Assembly (NCBI GenBank): GCA_964016885.1
Contig: OZ024743.1
Coordinates: 48,732,001 to 48,796,000, forward strand
Source of the DNA: Eledone cirrhosa
Lineage: Eukaryota
Direction: 5' to 3'
DNA length: 64,000 nucleotides
The notes beneath the pieces were generated by a model. It was not told the DNA's origin and ran no database searches. It worked only from the letters and a program-made list of their open reading frames with translations. The position numbers and the translations under genes are program-made. Positions 41,509-55,752 of this stretch are shown piece after piece; the first letter of the stretch is position 1; each line of letters opens with the position of its first letter.

Positions 41509-41840
41509 CATTGGGAGGGCCATGCTGCCAATAAAAACACACGCACCTGTTAGTTTTCACTTCAATTTATTACAAATTTCCAGCCGGTTAGTTTGATAAC
41601 CGGATGGTTGTTTTTGTGAGCTGCTCGCAAAAATAAGATGGTGTAGGACATATCAAAGGAGCGACACAAAATAATAAAATAATCACTGAGGACATCATAG
41701 AGTGTGTGACGAAAGAGCTTTGACAATAAACAACCATCCGGTTATTAAACTAACCGACTGGAAATTTATAATAAATTAAAGTGAAAACCAAAAGGTGCGT
41801 GTGTTTTTATTGGCAACATGATTCTCCCAAAGTATGACAA
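41509..41840. mobile_element. Older copy of the hammerhead fold-back element, flanked on both sides by (TA)n
   Basis: Arms homologous to 34567-35006. Motif TCA-CTGAGGA-C-ATCATA(GAGTG)TGTGAC-GAAA-GAGC-TT-TGA at 41683-41723, then AATAAA. Confidence 0.8.
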
Positions 41841-42837
41841 TATATATATATATACGGGGGGGGGGGGGGGGGGCTAGTAATACATTATCCAACGTGTCCA
41901 GATATTTTATAGACAGTTGGTGTGACTAGAGTGAGATTTTGCTGCTATTTTTAACAAGTTGAGCTATCACTTGGATTCGAGAACAAAATAGTCGAATTAT
42001 TCTTATATTTGAGTTGTGGTAGAAATAAATATCTGTATATGTTCGTACTGGCTATTTCTAGCTCACTTAGTGTATATGTGTGTAATTAAATTTTTTTTTT
42101 TTTTTTTTTGTAATCGCTAAGCGATCAGTCTTTGCCTTGCATCTTATTTCTACATGTGTGTGTATGAGGAAATATGCTGCAAGTGGAAAACCTGTTTGTT
42201 TTGAAATAACAAATGTCTTTCTCTCTCTCTCTCTCTCCTTAAGGATATTATCGAAGTATTCACAATATGTATTAACACACATACATACATACATACGCAA
42301 CAGATACTGAAATTGGTCGTTCGGCTTACTAGAAATAGTTGTCAAAAGGCCCTCAAATCACACCCTACCTTCTTGAATAAACGTGGACGCGTTAAATGAT
42401 GTCCTAGAGACACAAAAAACGGACTGGACACGGTTAAAATGCTTCTGATTATATTGGTCTGCTTTCTCAGAGCCGACCTGGAGATGAATGTAAAGATTTG
42501 TTGTCTACCAACAGGGTATCGATATGCCTAATATATTTATTGTTTATTAAACAGCTGCCGAATGTGTATACCTATATACATACATATATATAGAAAGAGT
42601 GAGAGGGATGAGATTTGAATCGATACGTGTATGTGTATTTGGTTTTGCATATCCTATCACAAATATTCATTCAATTTGATTGTATTAACAATATCGTATC
42701 TCTTTATACCTGGAATAAAGATCCAAACGACAACGGATTTATTTCTAGTCAGAAAGAACTTACATGGTACATCTATAATGACGTCACCGTATATGTTATA
42801 TGTGTTATGCAATATATATATATATATAAATGAAAAG

Positions 42838-42919
<82 letters not shown>

Positions 42920-44541
42920 GTAATGTAATGTAAACATTACACTTTGGAAAGAGATACATGCTTCAAATCCTGTTGAAGCGATTCTAATTATAACACTGGT
43001 CAATTTTTACAATTTCACCCGTCTAAAAATTTACTATAGATTTACGTAACCAAACATTCTTTTATTGTTTTACTTGTTTCAGTTATTTGACTGCGACTAT
43101 GATTGGGGCATCGCCCTCAAGGAATTTTGTCATTCATATCGACCTCAGTACTTTTCTTTTCAAGACTGGTACTTATTTTGTCGATCTCTATTTGTCGAAC
43201 CGCTATGCCAGGGGCTATGAATAAACATTAAACGTAAACATAGACACATACATACATTATTACGATAGACGCCGAGGTTAACTTTGACTTTCATCCTTAC
43301 GGGGTCGATAAAATAAAGTACCAGTAATGCACTGGATTTTGCTGGCCTTGTGCCAAAAGTAGAAACAATTATTATGATAGACTGCCACACAGTTTCCATT
43401 TACCAAATTACACCCAGAAGGTATTGGTCAACCGGAGATTATAGTAGAAGACAATTAATTGACCAGGATGCCACGCAGTGGGGACTGAACACGAAACACA
43501 GCCATATAACAAACATATAATATGCTTCATAAAATATTCATCTATACTTTATATTATCAGACATTCAAAGCTTCAGAGTAAAAGTATTCACTTTCCCTCT
43601 GCATTTCGAGTTCAAATCCTGCCATTGTTCATAAAATACTACTAATAATATACTGCTGCCATTTCAGTCAATTTCACAGAAACACTCTGAAAGAAATCAA
43701 TAGTTGATTTTTTTTTTTTTTTGTAAATATATATGGAGATTTATAAATTAGAGTTTGGTGAAATTACATTTGCGTATGCTGGTGTGAAAGGAAATTTTGA
43801 AGACGGAAAAAAAATCAAAGTATATATATATATATACTTATAAGGATATACTTTATTATATCTAATACCATCCGAGATCAAAGAGTTACTACAGCATAAC
43901 AAATGAGACTTTCACTTTGTTTAATCGGTAGGAGTAAAAAGAACTAGATATGGTTTTTTTTAATTGACACTATTAAAAATGACCAATGATTATCACATAT
44001 AATTAACATGTAACGAAACTAATTTGATTTATGTCAATTATAAACATCCGTAGATTATAATACTCTAACCTATACAATCGGTATTCTATATATAAATATA
44101 CTGTTATAGGAGGTTTATATATTATTTTATGATAATTAATGCCCCACGGATTAAATTAAACAGTTTCATATGCATCGGTTCGCTAGTTCTTGAACTAAGA
44201 AGATCCATATATATAAATATATATATATATGGGTGGGTGGATTTTATTATTAATACGGCTGGAATTTGAGAAGGGGATGTTCTGTTTTGTTTATTCGGTC
44301 GTTTATATATATATACACACACACATCATCATCATCGTTATCATTAACACCGTTTTCCCAAACTGGCATGGGTTGGATTATAAAAAATGTACCTTAAAAG
44401 TTATACTTTTGGGCAACTTCCCCCAACTCTCTCTCTTATATATATAAATATGTGTGTGTGTGGTATATATATATATATATATGCCAATACTAGAATTGAA
44501 TAATAAAGACCGTAGCGGTATGTCATATATCAAATCATATA

Positions 44542-44603
44542 TTTTGTCTGATGAGGACGTACTGAAAAAACAACACAGTACCTTTGAAATATATATAATA
44601 AAG
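44542..44603 (+). ncRNA. Degenerate hammerhead motif in a (TA)n-flanked segment
   Basis: CTGATGA-GGAC-GTACTG...CAGTAC-CTTT-GAAA-TATATA, then AATAAA; stem I is poorly paired. Confidence 0.45.
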
Positions 44604-45242
44604 TATATATTTTGATTACGAGAATATTTTTCATTTGTTAATATTTTGAATAATATTATATATATATATATGTGTGTGTGTATGCCTATGCCTGGCTATT
44701 TTCAAGCACCTTTCTACGTATCTCTTACACACGCACACTTAAGTCTCGCTACCTTAGGTTTTTTTTTTTGTTTATTTGTTTTAGCATTCCTCCAATCCGA
44801 TGCTATTTATAGTTGTTCATACTGTTCTTATACACTTTGTTGTAGGTGTTTTCTTAGGCATTAGACTGTAAATATTTTACTTTCCAACAGCTGCAAATGG
44901 TTTCTCAAAATAAAAAGAGAAGAATCCCCCATAGGTGATTCACTGCAAGATAGCAGTAAAATTCGGCAAGCGAATCTCGATTCCCGGTCTAGGCACCGAT
45001 TTTCCTTCTCTTCCTTATACAACTTTAGAAATATATAAGCAACATGCAACCTCATTCCCCGTGCTGTATCGGTCCACGCCATGTGACTAAAACACTATAA
45101 CTATTTTAACCCATGGCCAGGTAACTAGGCTTTCAGGTATTTCGAGGCCGCTCTGTCATTTCGATATTTCGCCTAACGACAGAAAGAAAGAAAAAAAAAA
45201 ATTGCGTATCTTCTCGACTTCATACTAGTTAGCCTTATTAAT

Positions 45243-45284
45243 ATGACCCGGTCACAGAACAGTGAACTTCCACCAGAGTATGCA
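45243..45284 (+). other. Candidate first coding exon of a plus-strand gene (MTRSQNSELPPEYA|gtaagt)
   Basis: ATG, 14 codons and phase-0 GTAAGT donor at the end of a CpG-rich unique segment (44870-45290). No homology recognised. Confidence 0.3.
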
Positions 45285-46484
45285 GTAAGTTTTTATGTTT
45301 CTAGGTGAAAAATATTTTACTTCAATTCTGTTGCTAAAACCCATGAAAATTAATGAACATCACTTAATTTGATCATTTTTGTCTGCAATGAATTTATGTG
45401 GTACAGAAGTACATGTGATCTGTCAGGCTCATTAGACTTCACTACAAAAAGATGTAAACCCTTGTGATGATCCAATTCGCCAATAAAAGTTGTGAGGCGG
45501 CTACAAAGGTGGGTAAACTCTCAGCAAATTTAGTCGTGATCAAATGTTAATTCCTTCTGGAGCTAGTTCACTTCTTATGTTCATCCTACTTAATATACAT
45601 TTCCGAGAAATGTGAACCCTATTTACTTAATATTAAATATTCTATTGTCAGGCATTGACTAAAGAAATATTCGTGTTTATTTGTTTTGTTTTTACGACAG
45701 GTTAAATATAGTTAGTTAAAGCGGGCTACTGTACTTAACGTAGTGAAGCAAGGTGGGGGGGGGGGTTAATCAAAACGACACTGGTAAATATAGCTTTATC
45801 TCTCTTCTTTTTTTTTTTTTAAGTGAACACACACATAGATACCCTAATTATGTTAGTATTTTTTTTTAAAATCTCACAAAACACATTTATTTCGGTTTTG
45901 CTCTCGACTTCTTACATTGCCACATACAATAAAATTCATCGAGGAAGGGAAATGAAAGTGTGATGTTTATGCCTTTCACTGGTATTTTATTTTATTGACG
46001 GATAAAAGGTAAAGTTAAGTTGACCTAGGTATGATTTGAACTCAGAATAAAAGAATTATAAATAAATACAATATTCCAATCTAATTATTATTAATTAAAA
46101 TAACATTACAAATTATTCACAATTCTTTCAGAATGAAAATATAGCTGATGGCGAGGCTAAGGTGTGAAACAACCAGGACCCTTACGGATAAGGGCCTTGT
46201 TTCAGGGGGGTACCAGAGGACAACCCCCCCCCCCCCCCCCCACACCACCACCACCACCACCACACACACACACTTTTTCAAACGTCTATATTTTATTTTT
46301 TGTTTATTTGATATAATAAATTCTTTTTAATCTTATTTTTTTTATATCTGAACTTCATTTGAATATATAAAATTTTACTTGTGATAGGGTCCGGGAAAGG
46401 CACCATAAGCAATTTACGCTCCATTAAGAATCAACAAAAGTTGGTTTGTGCCCTCCCTCTCCCACATTTTAAAGGCAAGCGAGG

Positions 46485-49480
46485 CTCCTGCTCACGGGTA
46501 TCACCTGACACCTCGGTAAGGTGAGCAGCCAACGAAGACAAGAACTTCGCTGTCAGAAGCCCAACCAACTCCAGCAAACGTCTCGAACGTCACAGGCTGG
46601 AAAAAATAATTTGATATTTCCCGGTATTGTCGGCGTCCATGATGTGGGAGGGAGAAAAAGAGTCACTGTCTGACTTCCCAGATGAGACACCTGTCTTTTA
46701 CCCAAGGACAAAGGGTAAGGCTGTCTGGTCTCTTCCCATCAATTCTGGATAATCCAGCTGGCTCCAGGGGATATTTACTCGAGTTAGGGCCCGTTTAATG
46801 ATCAGCGAAGCGACCAACATTCAGGCGACAGGACAGACCATGGAGGCCTGTGGAGTCGAGGGACTTACCGCAGTGACATCTCAGACCCCAACAAACATCG
46901 GCTCCCACTCGGAGTGGAAGGGAGATGCAGAGCTCGTTCAGACTGAGAAGACCACCAATGTTGGCGACAGGCAGGGCTTCAATCCAGTCCCCCGAGAACT
47001 TTGCGCTTGCAGAAAGTAAGTGGCACCTAGAAAATTAATCAGAATGATCAAAGAGAGAGAGAGAGTTGAAAGTGTCGCTTGGATGCAGATTGTCCCATAC
47101 TCTCTACTTCCGTCTATCCTCGTCAGTATCGGGGACAGACAAGCCCAGCTCTTTCCACTGTGTGACAGCTCACACATATGCAGGTTTAGCTGGCCTCCTC
47201 CAAGGTATATCTCGTTGGGGGTGTCTTCGGTAATTTAATGATAGGGACCCCAGTCCTATCATCTCATTTCTACAGCTGAGTAAACTGGAGCAACGTGAAA
47301 TAAAGTGTCTTGCTCAAGGAAACACATCACTGTAGTAAAGCTTCATCCATCTCCCTGGTAGAACTAGTCCATGCTGGAAAGGAGAGGATGTCACCCACTA
47401 AAGGGGAGCAAACGTGGATGGAGGAAAGAAAGCAAGGTAGAGACAAAGACCAACATTTATGAAGACCTAACCTTCCAAACCGTTTAGGCAAGGCAGTCTG
47501 GTCACGGGACTCTGGAGAGAATCGAACATTGACCAGACCCTCGAGCTCACTGAATATTATGTCGTCAAAGCGTTGGAGAGACGACGATAATTTGTAAGAG
47601 GGACTATGCATAAAGCGATTCCTAAGTATAAAAAAACCTTGGTGATACTCAATGGCAACGAGGTTCTTTAAAAGTTGCTCGAGGTTGGCTAACTTACATA
47701 GAAAGATGCACTCGAAGGCTTGTTCATTAATTGGGACTCCAAGGGAGCACCACGCTGATGAGGGAGGGACCGCCATAGAGACTCTGTGAAAAGGTCAAGT
47801 CTGCTGATGTGAAACTGGGTGGTTGAGGAGCCAGAGTTCCTCAAATCATCGTCTTCACGGTTGCAAGCCCCCCCCCCCCAACAAAAAAGCAGACATTCAA
47901 CTCCAGGTCAGCTGCCATCTTGGTGACATCATCAATACCCAAAGCGAAAAGAGCAGGTCTAAGCGGGTTATCTTGTTGGATCCCCGAGGCAGATAGAATG
48001 GCCACAGGAGAAGTGGGACAGCTCCAGTTAGGCTTGCGAAACTAAGTAGTAAAACTGAGGGCTCCTCTCCTTTACTGAATGGAGGATGACATCTCAATTG
48101 ATGGAATTAAAAGCATTCCTGAGATCTAGCTTAAGGATAACCTTTGACAAGTTTCAGAAGACAAGTTGGTAAATACTCTGGTAGCATGAGCAGCAGCCTT
48201 ACAACTCATCTTGGTACCCACCCCGAGCTGAATAGGAGAAAATTCAGTGGACAAGCTGTCTGAAATCGAGGATAGACATACTTTCGCAGTGAGCCGTCGC
48301 AGTGTGCACCCAACTGCTATAGGGCAGAGGTCACCATTGGGCTTTATCAAGCCAAACAGTTTAGCCCCAAAGAACAGGGGGTGAATATAAGAGAGGGCAT
48401 TCTCGGACGAGAACAGGTTAATGAACTGGGTGAGGTTCTCCAAGAGCTCAAGGCCGGCATCTCCGGCCGACAAGGAGACACCATCCTTGAGGTGCAACTG
48501 AATAAATCAGTAGTGTGTTGGGTGAGGGGGGACAGAAAGGAGAGGAGGCGAACAACCCATTTAATGTCAAATTTGTTGAATTTGGCATTGACTACATTCT
48601 TTAAGTTCGGTGATCGTCCATTAATTGGAACTGAGTTGATCACCGACCTGCGATGAGTTGGGGTGGAATCAAACAACTCGAACTGCCGTATTAGGGAAGA
48701 TGTGAGGGATCTGGTTTTTGCATTGGACGCATGGAAAGAAACTAGGGAGAACAAGAATAGTTTCTACCAATCCGAGATGTTCTTCACCAGTTTGAAGAGG
48801 GTATGGAGGAAACAAGTCCAAGCTCCCCTTGGGACACTATTGATGAGTTTCAACTTAGACAAGCCCCGGAGGGCAGCAACAAAATCTTCAACAGAGATCT
48901 GAACGTCAGGGCTAGATTCTGGCCTGCGAAGTAAGTCGGAGCTGAAGTGGCATTGGTTACAAGTCCAGTTTGAGAAACTTCCGGCTTGGACCTTAATAAT
49001 GCCAACACAGCTCCTGCATTGGCATTATTAACGTACTAGCTGAGGTGGATTGGCAGTATCGGTAGAGAGTCGGACGCCATGCTTTCCAGCATAGTTACGT
49101 CCCTTTACGATCTGAGTTCAAATCCCGCCGAGGTTAACTTTGCCTTTCATCCTTACGGGGTCTATAAAATAAAGTACCAGTAATATATACTGGGATAATT
49201 GCTGGCCTTGTGCCAAAAGTAGAAACAATTATTAAGGTACTAGCTAAGGCTGCATACGTGACATTTGATGGTCTTCAAATATCGACTGAGCAGAGAACAC
49301 AGTTTGGTGGTGGATTGGCAGCATGAGAGGGGTCAGTCAGCATTAGAATTAGGATGCAGACAGGGAGAAGACAGTGATGGGGGGAGGGTAACGATAGAGG
49401 TAGAGAGGTGGTCCAGGTGGACAGCATTAACTGGCAGTGGGACTCGGTCGGGGGTTAGGTGGCGTTGGAGGTAAGCAAGT
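46485..49480 (-). mobile_element. Degenerate CRE-like (RLE) non-LTR retrotransposon with nested insertions
   Basis: FFGAKLFGLIKPNGDLCPIAVGCTLRRLTAK...QLGVG; LPKRFGRLGL; endonuclease [22 protein letters not shown]...IWEV; FQPVTFETF. Confidence 0.82.
49045..49233 (+). mobile_element. Full-length tRNA-derived SINE with target-site duplication
   Basis: Flanked by gtactagctgag and gtactagctaag; intact head, B-box and tail. Confidence 0.88.
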
Positions 49481-50805
49481 TGTTACAGGTTTAGTGGGAT
49501 GAACAGCTAATTTCGATTGAATTCGACGAATGAGGCGAGCGTGTTGGGGAACGGGGGGATGAAGGATGATACGAAATCCTTTAACCATGCAGGTCTCCTG
49601 GTCACTCAGCGCATGACTTTAAAATAATTTATATTTAAATCTAAATGGTGACATTATTTTTATTAATAAACAACCAATCTTATATCTACCATCAGATGGC
49701 ATGTAAGAGGGTTGACGACACGGGAATAGGTTGGGGGCGAGCTAAAACAGAGAAATGAAATCTGTGTTTGTGAGGAAATGTATGTAAGATGTTGAGATGA
49801 ATGTTGTGTGTGTGTAAACATTTAAAATAGTGAGATATTAAAACATTGAAAAGAGGAAGTTGAAACTGAAAATGGAATTTTGAGATGTACCAAAAACGTC
49901 GAAATGTATGTGAGATGGATGTTGTATGTGTGTAAACATTTAAGACAGTAAATTCGATAAGAGTGCAAAAATAGAGCCGTGAGATATTAAAATATTGAAC
50001 AGAAGTTGAAACTGAAGAAAGAATTTTTAGATGTACCAAAAGTAATGGAGGAAAAATATACATAACGTGTTTACGAAACACGTGTTACGCGTGACTACGA
50101 ATAAAATGTTAAACTGAAAGTTCGAACTCTCAATCTTAATATGTATTTCTTTTCGGAATTCGCTCCCATTCAGTCCCAGATTGGCATTAAACTGGGGCTC
50201 GAAGTAGCCGCACAAAGAATAATTTCCAAATTTAAGATGGTATGATGTAATCCGAAAGAAATTTGGCTGCTATTTCTAATAGGTCAATTAGTAATTTTTA
50301 CAGGATAGGTGAGATTCTAAAAAGAAAAGCTTCAAACAACGTTACCATTTAAATCAAAAAGTTCATGTGTTGGGCCAACAAAACAATTGATATTAAATGG
50401 AAGATCACATTAACATCAAACGAGGAAAGATTTTAGCTGACCAACATAGTAAACACTTTATAAAACAGGACACTTTGTAGAATAATTATTTCAATTATTT
50501 TTTCCCTTTCCCTTATTATTAGATTATATGTTGTCTTTTTCCGCTTTGATCGTACACTTCTGTATATTGTATCTATAAAGTTCCATTAATTCTATTTCCA
50601 TGTGAAACACCATGATACAATCTCCCTCGCTGGTCTCATTTATTTTTTGTGTGGTCAGCAACACGTGCTCGTTATGTTTTGCTATGACTGCATCACATTA
50701 AAGTATTTACTTTTGTTTACTACAAATTTTCACAGCGGTCTGTCGATGAATAAAGATAATATAAACATTTGATTTAATAAATCTGTTTTTAGATATCTTC
50801 AGCTA

Positions 50806-51236
50806 CATTTTTCATCCTGTGGCTTTCGAGACGTTTGGGGGAGTCGGGCCGCTGACTGCGAGGTTGCTCTCTTCTCTGGCGGCTCGCCTAATAGAGGTAA
50901 CTGGCGAATCTCGCGAGGGCGCTTGGTTGTTCCAGCGCATCAACCTCGCCATCACCCGAGGCAGCGCTGCGAGTGTGCTGGCTTACTAGAGAGGTTGCCC
51001 AATACTCCTCGCTGCTGTCTTTTGCTCTGGTGTTGGCTCAGTTGTTCACTCCTTCCTTTACATTTTCTTTAATATTGTAACATTAAAAGAATATATCTTT
51101 CTGAAAGAATCGCGAGCAATTTATGTTATGTAAGCATTTGTAATGTTATTTATGTATATATTTAAAACATATTTTTTATGTTATTCTACTGTATATTTAT
51201 TTATATGTTCTGTATAATAAAAGTTTCATTTTTAAA
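50806..51236 (+). mobile_element. 3' end of a CRE-like element between ~100-bp direct repeats
   Basis: FHPVAFETFGGVGPLTARLLSSLAARLIEVTGESREGAWLFQRINLAITRG*, homologous to 46490-46610; AT-rich 3' UTR with AATAAA. Confidence 0.8.
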
Positions 51237-51892
51237 TATTTACTTTTGTTTACTACAAATTTTCACAGCGGTCTGTCCATGAATAAAGATAATATAAACA
51301 TTTGAATTATAATAAATGTTTTTAGATATCTTCTGCTAATTCATTACTGGGTGTTAATAGTTAAGTTGATGCTAGAAACAACTTAAATAAAATTATTATA
51401 AACGGAAAAAATGAAACGAAATTATTATAGTTCTCTATTTAAAAAAGGATATGCACTTTCAAATAAACAACTTTGTATCAGAACTAGGAGCCGGTTTCGT
51501 TTCAAAATGATCAAATGAAGTGAAACATCTCTGAGTGACTAACTTGATTTCCTTGGAATTAATTTTTACTGTCACCTTACTCCTGCTACCGACGAGTGAA
51601 AAATATTGCATTTAGATAGTTTTGCTGGGGTATATCTGAGCTCCACCCCAGGGAGAAAGTATTGCTGCAGAAAACACTATCATTCCACCTTCAGGTGTTG
51701 CTTTATCATGTGTGATACCTTCCTCCTAATTTGACTGCATTTAAACAGTGTAGTTTTGAAACCGCGTAGTCGGAAAATATATATTTTTAATTTCAAAATA
51801 GCGGTAAAACAAGGTGTTCCACATGAAACCGTAGCACATAATGTAAGGGAGAAAACTCTAACCCATATCACAATCTTTTCCTGAGTTTTATA

Positions 51893-53158
51893 TAATAATA
51901 ATAATGCTTTCTTTATTAACCACAAGGGTTTACATAAAGTAGACATTAAGGACGGTACAAATGGGCATTTCTGCGTGTAAAAAACAAACACAGAGGATGT
52001 AACAAAAAATAACAATGAAAAATTCCCCAATAGAGAGGAGACTTCCGAGGGAAATTCGTGTAGAAAGCCCATTAAAAAGCCACAGTGACCCTGACCACCA
52101 GGGCAAGTGCCCTCTCCCAGTTTTCCACCTTTAATTTACAGACACATACTCGGGCCATTCTTGCCTCTCTCACCCATCTTTCAACAAAATGCTGGGGAGA
52201 GAGCACTTCCCTCTCTACCCTTGAAAAAGTTAATCAGGGCATCACCAAAAAGGTAAGTGCTCGTCTTCAGCCCTTTCAAACGTGTCCACCATACTATCTC
52301 TTTCGCCATGGCCACCAGACAGATAAAAATTGCCTGCCCTTCCCGGCTAAAGGAGGAGGGCGGGGCAATCCTCATGATGGACTAAGCTGATAGCTGGATC
52401 CGTCCTACACGCGACAGCAGGTGTTCGACAGAAACCCACAAGTCAGCAATGCTCGGACACTGGACGAGTGCGTGCAGGACGGTTTCGTCGCCCTGCGCGC
52501 ATCTCGGACATGCCCGACTGACGGCACCTCCATGCCTGTAGAGTTTATCCCGAACTGGCAAAGCTCCTCGGTAGCACTGCCAGACCAGGGATTTCTGGAA
52601 GTTGTCCATAGGCACCGGCCCGAAAGTTCTTCCGAAGAGATTGGCTAGTTGATTTTCGTCGACGCCTAGAGTTTCCCCAAGTACGTCGTCGCTCTTCCCC
52701 TCCACTAATCCTCTATAGAACGCCAAGGTGGAGTTTCCGCCAATCACATTGCCCGATTGGTCGAGGGTTGTGAGCGCCTGAAGACATTCCAGTCTCCAAG
52801 CACTCCCTCTCGGTCTTCGCTTGACCCAGGACTGCAGCTCCGTCAAGGAGACGAGCTGGGGAAAGACGCGTCTAGCAAACGGCGACCACACCTGATCACC
52901 GTCGAGGAAGAGGTGGAGGTGTCGTAGCCTGAGCGCGTGTCTGCGCATCATCAGCTACGGCATGCCCAGCCCTTCACGTAGCGTGTGTTGACAGCAGATG
53001 GACCGCCTGACCATCGGAGTGCGTCCCTTCCACAAAAAGCGAAAGAGCAAACGCTCCAGCGCAGTCAGGCGAGGCTTAGGACAAGGTATGACGGTCAGGC
53101 GGTAGTAGATGACGGACGCGATGTACGCGTTAGCCACCTCCGCTCGACCTTTCAGGGA
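51893..53158 (-). mobile_element. 5'-truncated Tx1/L1-clade LINE
   Basis: LFRFLWKG...GLGMP; VWQCYRGALPV...CPRC...ETVLHALVQC (zf-RVT and CCHC); GC-rich; 3' AATAAA and (ATT)n. Confidence 0.85.
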
Positions 53159-54730
53159 TAATAATAATGAAATTATTGTGCAAAGTGCTCAGGTGCACTA
53201 CAACTCGTCAAAGGTGCATGTATAATACATAGAATAATATACAAATGTCAGGGAAGTGAATAGTGTATGAGTCATGATATACATGTGTGTATGTGTATGG
53301 AGGGAGAATATTAGGTGTAGTGTTGGCTAATCTCAGGAAGCATGGAGGTTTTAAAGGATGCAGTGTCTCGACAGCTAACAACTGATGAAGGTAGTTTGTT
53401 CCATGGAGGTTTTAAAGGATGCAGTGTCTCGACAGCTAACAACTGATGCAGGTAGTTTGTTCCATGGAGGTTTTAAAGGATGCAGTGTCTCGACAGCTAA
53501 CAACTGATGCAAGTAGTTTGTTCCATGCTTCAGCAACTCTGAGCGTGAAAAAATGTTTCCGAAAGTCATGGGAACTATGCTGTTTTCTGACTTTGTTGGC
53601 ATGGCCATGTGTGTTAGACACATGGAAATCAAAAAGGTGCTCAGGGTTGTTGTTGACAAGATGGTTAATAATTTTGTGGGTGTTTACCAAGTCAGTTGCC
53701 AGATGTCGGAGCTTCAATGTATCCATGCCCAGGGAAGCAAGGCATTCAGAGTATGGTAGATGCCTGATGGAGGGTATTCGCTTGGTTGCACATCTCTGAA
53801 CATTTTCCAGGCAGTCAATGTTCTGAGCAATATAGGGGTTCCAGACTGGTGATGCAAATTCTAAGTGTGGCCGCACCATAGCCATGTACAGCTTTAAATA
53901 GATAGCTGGTGAGCGGCTGACAAAGGTCTTGCTGAGTGATGCTAAGACACCCTCGGCCTTCTTGACAATTTTAGAGACGTGCTTCGTCCAACGCAAATCG
54001 CTGCTGACTGTAATGCCCAGGTCACGTTCACAAGAAGACTTCTTGATATTAGTGTTGTGGAGGGAGTATGTGGACACTGGGTTTTTACTCCCAAAATGCA
54101 TGGTGGGGCACTTGTCCACAGCTAGCTTGAGTTGCCAGTCTGTGATCCATTGTTGCATTGTGTCCAGGTTAGATTGCAGGCAAGATCTATTGTGTTCAGG
54201 ATCTGTCCTTTTTATCTCAAGGTACAGCTTGATGTCATCTGCATATTTCAGTACTGTGGCATTCTTAAAGTTGGCATCTATGTCATTAATATATGCCACA
54301 AACAAAAGGGGGCTTTAGACGATGTGTATTTGTGTATTTATGACTTGCAAAAATATTCAGAAGAATACGAATGGCTGGTGCGTGTTTATACAATCAGCTC
54401 CAAGAAAAATGCGTGTTGTCGCTCTGCATTTTTTCTTGCTGGAGTGTCTGTGTTATTTTTATGACGTCCGTTTGTGACGTCAGAGCTATCACACCACAGG
54501 TGTCGCTTCGCTACAGGGCCAAGAACAGATCCTGTGGTACACCAGATGACATCTCATATGGTGAGGAATGCTGTCCCAGAACCGTGACTACCTCTCTTCG
54601 ACTGAGAATAAAGGACTTCAACCAGTTAAAAAGATCATCCTTCACACCCATTGCAGAGAGTTTTGCCATAACCCTTTTGTGTGGCACAGAATTGAAAGCT
54701 TTAGCAAAGTCAAGGTAAACAACATCCACC
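53159..54730 (-). mobile_element. CR1-clade LINE RT fragment, interrupted at ~54310-54512
   Basis: DVVYLDFAKAFNSVPH, SGVPQ, YINDI...YADDIKL, RDLG, VRPHLEFASPVWNP, FFTLRVAEAWNKL; (ATT)n tail; 61-bp tandem triplication at 53341-53525. Confidence 0.92.
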
Positions 54731-55752
54731 CATGAGAACCTGCCATCACCAAGACATCATTCTGCTGGATTAACAGAAGAAGGATCAAGAAGGAGCCAAT
54801 GTCTGCCCATTACTGCATAGCAGCTAGATCAAGTCATACTCAATTTCAAGTGATCGATGGTAATGTTTTTGTATTTGTCTGAAAAATAGCTATTTTGATA
54901 CAGATGTCGACACATCATTTTTAGAGCACTATTAAGTTTTCCAAAGTTTTGCTTGGCAGGGTGTTAGTAGTAGCCATTGCAAAGCAATGTCAGGCAAATT
55001 GTTGCAGACGAGCATCTGAGAGACTGGTAGGCTGTCTATAGCAGACAAGGTTTACTACATTGAGATGTTGTCCATAGACAGTATAAGACACCCTTTATAT
55101 CCAGGTTGATTTGACAGCTCAGGAAGAGAGCGATCCAAAGTTCAGAGTGGCTGGATCCTCATAAGAAAACTAAAAAAACTTTTGTGTATATCCTGGTGAA
55201 TAAAATGAAAAAATATTAAAAGATTTTATGTATATCTGCAGTGATTAATGAAGTGAATAAGTTTTGTGTCTGTAAGGTAGCTGGTGAGGCTGATTCTGGC
55301 ATAGTACATAACTAATGCCAATTTTATCAACTGTAGTAAAATGAAATGAAAAGTAAAGTTGAACTTCTGTAATATTGGAACACAGAGGAAAAAAATGAAA
55401 TACTAAAATGCATCTAGTCCAGAACTCTAGCATTTTTACCACTCCACCAGAATGTGATCGATTCTACTGTTAATTCTTTTAACCAATGAAACAATAATGT
55501 AACTTGTGGATCTATTTTAATAATTTGTTACTTCAGTTACAACAATAGCAAAGATTTTAAAGATTATTTTGAGTTCATACTCATCGTAGGGTCCTTTTCG
55601 GGCAATGTTTTATAGTTGGATGTCCTTCCTAGTACCTCCCTATTTAGTTATCTCTTACAACACATGGGAATATGGTATACCTGTTTTAAACTGAATACAC
55701 TCTTGTTCCTCAAATTACGCACAAAATATTTTGTTTGTTTTTGTTTCTGTAG

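Noticed and set aside
44861-45082. 73-aa minus-strand ORF (MAWTDTARG...)
   Set aside because: No recognisable homology or splice context; may be promoter sequence.
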